Assembly (NCBI GenBank): GCA_030141605.1
Contig: JAQGDQ010000306.1
Location: forward strand, 124,001 to 188,000
From: Tubiluchus corallicola
Taxonomy: Eukaryota; Animalia; Priapulida
DNA: 64,000 bases
Direction: 5' to 3'
The translations under genes and the position numbers were made by a program. The notes beneath the pieces are model-generated. The model had not been told where the DNA came from and did not search any database. It saw nothing but the letters and a program-made list of their open reading frames with translations. Every line of letters starts with the position of its first letter. Within the stretch, counting starts at the first letter, position 1. Positions 53,520-64,000 of the stretch are shown in pieces.

Positions 53520-56500
53520 TACGTCAAGTTCACCACATGTCTTTACTAAAAAAATGTCATCAAAAGTCTAAATAGCATTCTTTGCATTACTCCAAAAACT
53601 TTACGGGCGTTTTATGATTGCTTACAGGAGTATATAGCCTAGCTGACGTCAAAGGAACACAAGGTAGAGTTTTACAGTGAATTAAGATGTATAGATGGTG
53701 ATCTTTTCTCTCATAGATTATGGTAGATTCGGTCACTTCTTTTTCTAATATCCGTGCCAGTTATAGGACTAGACCTTTAAACTGATGATTTCGAGCTTGA
53801 CTATTCCAGCAGTATTATCTTATATAAAGCCTAGAGACTTTTTTCTGCAGCAGCTCTAACGTAAAATATGATGAGATTTATTTGTGCAAACGTTACAGAA
53901 CTCATTTGGAATACAGCGTGACCGTATTTCGGAAACCATACAGGAAGTCCTAATGGTTTCCTGTTTGCATTTCTCATAATACCTGTTCTCGAAGGAGAAA
54001 TCGATCAACAGTTATGATAACAAGATTGATCAACATAGATAAACCTGCAAAAGTATAATATGCCTGGAAATGAGCGTACTCACTATGTCTGCATAGTCAG
54101 CTCGGTATTACTTTCTACTGTTACAAACAACTCTAATTATTTTTTCAAATCCAATTGAACCAGATTCAAGTGTAACCCATTCTCTTCCAACATTAACGTT
54201 TTGTTTTAGCTGATCATGTTGTTAAATATAGGTGCCGCAACCATCTATGCCTACGTCGTTAGACATGGGATGTTCTTCTTCTCTTCCTTTTCTTCCTCTT
54301 ATTCTTCTTGATCAGCGTTAGCTTGCCTTGTTTAAGTCCAGCAGCTTAGTATAATTACCTAATACTCCTAATGCCACACGTGTATTTACTTTACTAGCGC
54401 AGCTTCTTTTTGTTGGTAAACATAAACATTCCCCAAAATGTACCTGTTCCGTAGTTCAGTTTTGTTCATTTAATTTTTACGTTAAACTAAAGTTGAGTTG
54501 ACGAAGTAATAATAACGGAAAATCTCTTTTCTGCGGCGGTTTTCACTAACCATGCATATAACTAGAAATTGCGTGTACATCAGTACACGTCCAACAACAT
54601 CGTTCTTCAACAGCTTAGTACTAAATTAGCTGCAGTAGATGTTAAAGATGCGTGCCATACGACAACATATCCAGAAAACTGACTCATAAAGTCATGCAAA
54701 AGCGGTTTCAAGTTCCATTGCAAAACAATAGCATGTTACAGATTACAAAGGACTTTTCCTGATAAAAATCGGAAATATTCCAATAAAACTGAAATGCCCA
54801 CGCAAAATTCCTTTCAATTTGTAAACAAATTAAAAATACTTGACGTTATCGATTATTTACAACAAAAAAGTAGACTACCTTGGTGGGATTTTGTAATGAC
54901 AGTCATTACTCTTCACCTGTTCGCTGAAAACGCTTCTTCAAACATCACCATTCACGTAATTGGATCTTTAACTAGTTAGCAAAGAGACTACTTTTGAATT
55001 AGGAAACAGTAATGACGTGTATATGTTTAAAATTAAAACCGATTTGAGCTCATCAATCAGAATCAAAAGCATCAGATGCATTTCAACTTCCATAAACTTA
55101 ACTTGACTCAGATGAACTCATTAATCTACCCAGCAAAAATGACGAAGATTAATTAAAAACAGTCCAAGGGCGAATTAAGCGACCTTCGTATACTGTAGAT
55201 ACAAAGAAGACAAAATGAAACAATGGAAGAAAAAAGCGACTCATTATGAACACTTGAACACCCTAACCTAGTATACATACCAGCGGCCAATGTTGTTATA
55301 ACTGGTATTGACAGTTATAATTATTTGTAATTGTCAGTTATATTGACGGTCTTTATGCGAACATGAGTATAATTAAAAATAATTAATTGACAATACTGGG
55401 TATTACATCAATAGTACCAAGTGTGTAGTGAAACGAAACTTTCACCAGTATAATTGCCAGTTAAGTTTATATTGAGCGTGTGTTTTCTTAAGGAGTTTTT
55501 AAAACCTATAATTTTTTTATCACGATACACAGGAACATACTATATCTAGACACAAACTGCTGTGCCATGCGCTATTTGTTTTTGCAATTCGAAAAAGTTC
55601 TGGTTGAATGTATTTGTCGATAGTGTTTATTATTTCATTACCAGTCTAAACGACTGTTTACATATTCGACCTCCACTCCCGTAGCCCAGCTAAAAAAATA
55701 AATGCAGCCGTGGACTTTCGGGAAAACTCTAAGAAAATCTTTAAGAAGGATAATTCTAATACATCTTTTAAGACGCTACACACAATTAATTACACATACA
55801 TTCCGTTTATACGGCAACGGTAAATGGGATGATCTGACGTTACAAAGCCGAAGGCATCTTGTAAAATTATTTCGGCTGCCATATTGTTTCTAAATTTTCC
55901 CACTTTTTGTAATATAAAATTCTCTATCACTCTTTCCAGTAAAAGGTTGTTAAAGGAAACAGAGAATGTTCTAAACCAATAAAATTTAATTTCATGGCAA
56001 TTCGTGAATTGTTAAAGCATTAAGGCGTCGTATAGTTTCATTTCGTTAATTTTGGTAATGTTCAATTCTACAGCCTGAAGGAATGAAAATCCAATTAGTT
56101 CAACAGCAGAATGTCAACAATGCATTTAAAGCTATTTTTATATATAAGAGGGATAATTTGTTCAGAACGGATAGTAATTAGGTGAAAGAAAAGCAGACGT
56201 ACAGAGAAAGAAAACAGTTATTAACATTATAATTAATGCATTGCACTAATTTGCAGGCTAAATAGAAAAATGAGATTAGTAAACTAATGCGTAGTTAAAA
56301 GTGCGCACAAATTATTTTTATTATATCTAGAATAAGTTAGTCATTCACAGTTGAAGTATTGTAATCTATGGTTTTCTGTCATTAAAACTCTTTTGTTTGA
56401 TCTGGTTCTTGGACATGTTTGGAAGCATCAAGATACGTTTAATAGAAAGAAATTTATCAAAGCCATCAGTGGTAAACTTGAATCACTACAGTATTAGCAA

Positions 56501-57024
56501 CATGGAATGATTTTGGCTGCACCGCATGAAGATAGCAATAAAAATATTTTTAGGATGGAAATTATTTGTTGATTGGTATCCAAAAAACAAATCAATACTG
56601 CATATGTGCTTGAACCATTTTACCACGTAGATGATGTTTCTACTTCGTTTTGTGTGGTGCAGTAGTATGTTCGTTTTTCAACTCTCCTGTATAGTTTTTT
56701 GTTTCTCTATTCTGTGGCTCAATAAGCAAAAAGTATAATAGTACCACCAAAAGTAACCATAACAAAAATAATGACAACGACAACAACAACAACAGCTGCA
56801 ATAGCATCAACTGTAGTAGAGCAGCAGCAGTAGTAGTAGTTATAACATTTGGTGAAGATCGTGGAAAATATCCTCATAAAAAGCTTAATTTTTTATTTAT
56901 ATGACAATTACAGCCGCAGCCGCAGCAGTGGATATTCTATAAAGAATGAGTATCAACTATGCAAACTAGAGGAACTTTCAAATTTTTATTATAAAATAGT
57001 AGTAGTGGGGAGGGCAAAAACAGC

Positions 57025-57055
<31 letters not shown>

Positions 57056-59574
57056 TGTTGCTGTTGTTGTTATTTAAAGTTATAAAGGACATATTTTAAA
57101 ATGCAAAAACTGCCATTTCTTTACGATGGTACAGCCTTGAAACAACACAATTCTGCACTACAAACTGTGTAATCAGTCAGGTGATTGTAGCATGGGTCAC
57201 ATTACTTTTTTTCTTTTTTTGAGAAAACAGCCGTAGGAAATCAACGTCACAAGAGTGAACTATCTATTGAAATCCATTATAATTTGCTCAAACTGTAACG
57301 TCGGTTAGTAAATGGAAATCAATAGCGCCCACCGTATAATTCAATTTAACAAAGTTGAAATTGTGTCCCTCTTCAGTTTTGTGTCTAAATTTTAGTTGTT
57401 TTTAGTTAACATTATTGGTTTTTTCAGCTTCTCATTTGGGCTGTCGTTATTTCTGTTTTTCATTTTACACAAAATAGCAACTGCATCTGCTGCCAGATAG
57501 CTTCTGCTATAGATGTCACTGCTGCCGCTGTCGCTATTGTGGCCGCTCTTGCACCTGCAGCTGCCGCCATTCTCAACCGAAACAGTCATCTTTTCTTTAC
57601 ACAATAATTACACAATTATTGTCTTATTATCTTAAAAACGATGTAGGATATTTAAATGTTTTCAGTCAAAATAACACCAAGCCGGTCATGTCACGCATCC
57701 TAGTTATTTTTTGCTGCAATGAAATCGAACGTATGGCAAGATAAAACAGCAACCAATTAAGCGGCCTGAGTTTTTTAAATTGTCTTCTTCCCAAGGAATT
57801 GAACTCCGACCATACAGACGTTACATACCGTTTATTTCGTAGCACTTGGCCGTAGTTAATTAATATATGTTAAAGAATTCACAACTGCGCATGTACAAAA
57901 CGACGAGAATGTATACAAATGTTTTAAGTGAAAAGATAGGATAAAACAGTCAGTAAGTATTTTTGTGACCCAAAGACAGGAAGAAAGTCTGTTTAATGTT
58001 GTTCTAGTTTGGTTCGCTGGTGTGCGAATCGGTAATGCTAAACATTAAAGTCAGCTAAAAACAAACCTATTCATTTGGAAAATGTTGAAACTGTTTGCAG
58101 AAAATGAGCACATCTTGGATTTTCCACATGCCGTTGAATTGCAGTGTAAGCCTCGGGTTAATTTTTACATTTTAAATGGCTGAAGAAGTTGTTGTTCATT
58201 CGTTTTTTAGAGCATTCGCTTATTATTTCGATCGTTCATTCAATACTTGTTTGCCTTCGATTATTTGTTCATGAACTTAATTTATTAATTTTATATAAAG
58301 TATATCTTACTGTTAGTTATATCAAAAGTACACGCTTCCAGAGGCCTCATCAGTGATGTTTTTGCCCATTCGTAGATCTCAATAATCCGTGCATCTGTTA
58401 ATTGTGGCGAATTAATATCAGAAATAAGAATATGAAACGATACATAACCTTATTCACGTCTGATATTGCATTTTATGGCAAGCTATAACATAGGCGAAAA
58501 CGCAAACGTATGTGGTGGTTCTCACAAGGGCTTCGTAACAGAGCTTGATGAAATAAAGCACTTGTAATAATTATATATTATAGTCACAGCCATATTTATG
58601 AATCATGATACAATATCTGCTGTTACCGTCATCGTCACAAAATAGCGACCACCTGACGCACAAAAGTCAAAGTTAGAAATGATAGACCAATTTTAAAAAC
58701 ATTGGTAATGATAAGAATTTGTAAGTTAATAAGCCCTAGGGGAGTTCAGGACCAGGATTTTTTCACGTAATCAATTTAAGTAATTGAAAACTTTGTATAG
58801 AATAAATAGAATGTGTTTCAGCAACTACTGATAGTCTTATGTTAACAAGTTTACAAGCGCATAAATTTAGTAACGTGTGACTAAATGGTTTAAATCAGGA
58901 ACAAGGAATATTTTCATTATCAGCATATCAACAGATAAACAAACTGAAGAATTCAAAATCGCACGAAATTGGGAAAAGTAACAAAACTGCTATAATTAAG
59001 TGGAAAAATACCTTATACTGAATGTTCCTCAGAGGTAGAAGCATGAACCTATTACTATTGTAAGTTTTACTGCGTGATATTATATAGAAAACGTTAGCTC
59101 ATTTGGTAAATATCTAAAGTTTTGTTCCTACGATTTGGTAGCAACACTAACTGTTTAAGTAGAAGACGCTAGTTTGTTTGCCTATATTTTACCATTTGGA
59201 TAGCTGTACTAGTAATTGATAAGATGATAATTGTACTGATATATTTGCTTCGAAATGTATTAGTACATTCGTCGCCAAAATCATCGTCATATAAACTTAT
59301 TAAATTTTGCCGTTGTAACTTTTTTGAAGTTTTTTACCCATTTTCCCAACAAGTTGAAAAATAGGTTTGCATTCTTTAACTTAACCGCCCTCTCCCGTTC
59401 CGCGTTTTTATGATTTAACCTGTTTATCATTCCATTTCTAAAGCTTATAAAGTTAAGCTACTTCGCCAAACATAATCGGGATGATATTTGGCGAGATTAT
59501 TTTCTTCTTTGTATTAACTATTGCTTTGTGGAAAGTTAATCTAAACAATATGTAATTATTGACTTTTATTCCAG

Positions 59575-62500
59575 ATGATGATTCTAATACGTGTAGTGTG
59601 GTTATTGTGGTTATTTCTCCTGCTTCTTCTAGTTCCAAGAACAGCTTCTAATCTGTGCCCAGAAGTGGCGTATGATATTGCGCCGTATTGCAGGTGTAAT
59701 CCGGGTCCTATAGCTCTAAGCTCAATTAATGTGAAGTGTACAAATATCGATATATCATTCTTCGACCGGCTTCGTAAGATCTACCTTCCTGTTTATGAGC
59801 TTATCATCGACACTGCTCGCGTGAATAGACTTCCAGCCAATGTCTTCCATGGAATGAACGTGTCACGAATAACCATCAAGTACAGTGGTGTGGAATCTGT
59901 GGACGACACTGCTTTTAATGGTCTAGAAGAAGATCTAACATTTTTAGATCTAGGCGATAACAGGCTCAATGCAGTACCCAGGAAAGCTATAAAACAGCTC
60001 GACGAGCTGCAAGTGTTGAATTTACACAACAATCAAATAAAAAAGATTGGTAGGAATGATTTGACTGGGCACAAGGACCTGACGCAGCTTCGACTATATA
60101 ATAACAACATTACAAGCATTGCAGCCAACGCGTTTGATGGGTTGCGCCAGCTTGATTTTTTATCTCTTTATAATAACAAGTTAACAAATATAAACCCACA
60201 GTGGTTTGAAGATATACCATACATTCGTGATGTGCGCATATACGGTAATGACATTAGGGTTATACCCGACTACACATTTAGACAAATGTCGAATTTGACT
60301 ACGCTGTATCTTTACGCTAATAACGTGACCGATATAAATGAAGAAGCCTTAGCTGGACTGAAAAATCTAAATGATTTGCGATTGTGGCAGAACCGGATAA
60401 AACATCTGCCAGCTGATGTGTTTCATGATTTAAAAAATCTCAAGTATCTGGATGCTCACCAGAATGAGATTCAGACTATACCTGAAGGATTGTTTACCAA
60501 TCAAGGTAAACTAACTTACCTGAACTTTGGAGACAATCACATTTCTGAAATAGAACGCAGAGCGTTCATGGGCTTAAAAAATATAGAAAACGTGTATTTA
60601 TTTCAGAATAAGCTGAAAACTATAGCAAAGGGTGTGCTTGATGACATGCCTTCGCTGAAGTATCTTCATCTGGCTGAAAACCCGGGTTTTCAATTAACAA
60701 ACAACATGTTTTCTGGGTTAAGAAACTTACAATACCTTTACTTGTCTGATTGCAACATCACAGACATTCCCGAAAATACTTTTGCAGGTCTTAAAAGCCT
60801 AAGGAGTTTGTATCTACCTGGCAATCGGATCAGAAAGTTGCCTTTCAAAATTTTCAGCGAATTGAAATCTCTTAGGAACTTGTACTTGAAAGATAACATG
60901 CTCACATCTCTAGAGTCAGGTGTTCTTCGTGGTCTGGCAAATCTGCGCCATCTTGAGTTACAAAACAATCTGATTTTCAGATTAAGTGACAGTCTTTCAG
61001 ATGTAGAAAACACATTGGAATATTTATCTCTCACAAACAACAAACTGGAAACCAATGTATTCTTATCGCTCAGTGCCCTAAAAGAGTTAAAGTACATAGA
61101 TTTGAGTTACAACAATATCAACTTGGTGCCGAAGGACACGTTCAGAGGTTTTGAGAACCTCAATTCGCTAAAATTAGATTATAATAAAATTGAAGCTGTA
61201 TGTTGGCAAGGCCTAATGGTACCACAAAGATTAGTCAGCCTGACAATCAAAATGAATAAACTCAAGCATCTTTCCTGGCATGCTTTCGGCAACCTAACAA
61301 AGGTGCCGAAATCATTAGATGTTTCAGGTAAGTACTAAATTTCGTTATTTATTAGATAGCCATGATCTCTATATTTTTATTTTTTATGTCACACATGTCA
61401 TAAACGTTATGAGCAGCTAAGCTTACATTATGCGTGATTTCGTATTGACCTGGTAGCTTGATAAGCGCACAATAACATTTAATAAAACATCGAAGTAAAA
61501 GAGTGCTTTAATTTTAATTGCCAAATTCACTAAATTTGCTTGAGTCTAACAAAAGTTACATCCTAGCATATAAAAATTTGTCGTATGTATAACAAGCGTT
61601 TTGATCAGTTTACTTGTGTTTCCATAATAATTATGTTTGCTGAAAAACAAACTAATATCAGTAAAGTATTAGCAAATACATGTTGCTGTACCTCAATTGA
61701 GTAGGACATATTAAATGACCTTAATAAATCGTGAAAATCAGGTATTTTTGTTATCAGGAAATGCAATTGAATGTGATTGTCATATGCAATGGGCCGTTAC
61801 TGCTCCAGAACTGAAAGTCAGAGGCACTTGCCAGGAACCCCCAAAATTCAGTGGTCAGCAACTGTCTGGTTTGACCGCTAAAAACTACGCTTGCAAACGT
61901 AAATATGTGCCTTTGCATCCTGGTTGCGACGAAGATGATGGCAATGACGAATATAGAAGTGATAATCACAAAGCATCTCACATACTGCCAACGGATGACA
62001 TCGGAAGTGGTGAGGGAGAAGGAGAACCAGGCATAAACATAGAGAATACAATTGATTACATTGATCTTGACGAGATTAAGCTTTCTGTTGATTCAGTGAG
62101 ACTTAAAGAAATCCAACTGTTATGGGAGCACGCAGAGACAGCCATTCCGAAAACGTTTGAAGTTGCTGTTAGTAAATTTAACAAATCTAATTTCACTGAA
62201 GAGATAGATATCATAAACGTCCTTGGAGTTGGTGCCACTAGGTACGTACTTGAAAACCTAGAACCTTTGACAAAGTACCGTGTATGTGTAATAATGACAC
62301 TAGAAGGAGGGACTGCTAAATATGATTGCGTTTATACCAAAACAGCCGCAAAACCGACCACTACGACAACCACAACGACACCTAAACCACCACAAACGAT
62401 ACTCACAGGTAAGAACATCATTAAGGGGCAAGAAGTGACGTTGCTCATCATATTTAGTATATTCTTCGGGATTATATTTATTATGTTGATAGTTTATGCG

Positions 62501-62614
62501 ATATATTCAATCGCAGAAAGGGCAAACTCGAAAGACAAATCACTACAGGACACAGAACATTTAGCCGTACATTACGATGCAGTAAATCAAGAATCGCATG
62601 TTGACATTGTGTGA
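59575..62614 (+). CDS. Type I membrane protein: signal peptide, LRRNT, ~20 LRRs, LRRCT, FN3, Thr-rich stalk, TM, short tail (FLRT/ELFN-like architecture); exons 59575-61327 and 61758-62614, 869 aa
   Basis: Hydrophobic N-terminus, CP...CRC cap and 24-aa LxxLxLxxNxI repeats. The phase-1 intron G|GTAAGT...ATCAG|GA restores SGNAIECDCHMQW (LRRCT). FN3 motif YVLENLEPLTKYRVCV; TM LLIIFSIFFGIIFIMLIVYAIYSI. Confidence 0.93.
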
Positions 62615-64000
62615 TGAATGTGGAAAAACAGGTAATGATCTATAACAGCACTGACAGGGAATTACGCTGCGCTATTCCATTAAAATAAACTATGATAAAG
62701 GTATGTATATTTCATTATTTAGAAAAAAATTCCTGTTATTTGTGTATATACGGTTTATACGCACCCACATATTTACCATAAAGCGAATGCAAATTTCTTC
62801 TACATATTCAGCTGGTTAACTCAGCGATTAATCTAACTGTGTTTGTAGATCGGCGAAATTTCATAAAGCTAACAGCATAAATTTTATTGTCCGTTTCACA
62901 AATTGTTTGATCAACTGTAATTAGATAACATTTATATTTCCTCCAAACAGTAACATAATTGTAGTACTTTCTTGAAAATTAATTACGAAGCTTTCAGTTA
63001 CGTAATATAATAATGCACTTAATAATCTTAATAATAATAATGGATTTAAAAGTCGGGTGTACTAGAAGGTTTTTAACTATAGTCCTATTTTTGTCATTGA
63101 ATTGTCTAGTCTACAACTCTACATAGTCGTGACTGTAAACAATTCAATCTAGATGTTTTTTTTTATTAAAAAGTTTAACAACAAAGAATTAACAATCGGC
63201 AACCAAATTTTTCTTGAAAGCGAACACATACGCCTACCTTGTAAGGCGCCTTTCGTGCTTCATTTTTTGTATATTCATGACATTAACGAAAAAAACGTTG
63301 ACGTGTTATGTATAAAACTATGCCTGTAAATTAATTTATAAAACTGTAAACTATTTGTATTCATATAACTAATCATCGTGGAAAAATTAATATTCTCATA
63401 TTCACGTAATGAGCAGCTGTTTTCAAATTATAATTATTCATTTATAGGGCAGCTGTTTTAATAATTATTGCATTTCTAAATGAATTGCAAGAATGTACAA
63501 TCATGTATAGGCCCTAAATCATGTACATAAGTGTAATTAGGTGTTATTGCTTAACTTTCTATTAGGTCAACGAATTTTACTGTTCAGACGAACTTTGCAA
63601 TAAAAATAGTTCTATTATCAACATGTTATAAATTTGTCAAAGAGTTGTGTTATATGCCTGCGTGTAAATACGGCATGACTGACTACGATGCATGCATGCT
63701 ATAAATAATTAGTCCGCATTTCTTACTACACATCATAGTAGCATGCAAAAATAATATTGTGAATCGTTTATTTCGAAGTTACTAAAACGAAACATCTTTG
63801 TGGGATGTTCATCAATAATTAAAGCAACCTCGTCTTAAAAAAATCTAATTATTCTGGCGGATTGGTCATAGTAATCTTCTGTTATAGAATTGCTATTGAT
63901 TCAGTACAGAAGGAACTATTCTTCCCACATGCGCGCTATTCTTGGAAATTTTATATTCAAATAAAAGTCGACATAGCGGCCATTACGTCGTATAACACAC

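Noticed and set aside
51361-55893. Pairs of identical small ORFs on opposite strands
   Set aside because: By-product of the inverted duplication; the peptides have no coding signal.
59793-62238. Antisense ORFs overlapping the LRR gene
   Set aside because: Shadow frames of the real coding strand.

Overview
AT-rich eukaryotic DNA from an invertebrate animal (GT-AG introns, one 100-N scaffold gap; species not determinable from sequence). Three protein-coding genes are well supported. (1) A 13-coding-exon CDC40/PRP17 second-step splicing factor on + (7796-33972, 573 aa when the exons are joined by hand). (2) An intronless class A peptide-type GPCR (FMRFamide/myosuppressin/sex-peptide receptor-like superclade) nested antisense in the 13.7-kb CDC40 intron 7. 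(3) A two-coding-exon LRR-LRRCT-FN3 single-pass membrane protein (59575-62614, 869 aa). The rest is a mosaic of decayed LINEs, MITEs with readable TIRs/TSDs and microsatellites. Most notable: CDC40 carries several decoy splice sites (a 94-bp duplicated acceptor leading to a premature stop, an 82-bp duplicated donor, a rare GAG acceptor competing with an in-frame TAG). A TA-flanked DNA transposon carrying an RTE LINE fragment is present in two copies. A direct-inverted-direct triplication around the gap at 49.1-56.8 kb is probably an assembly or amplification artefact. All family assignments are from motif recognition, not database searches.
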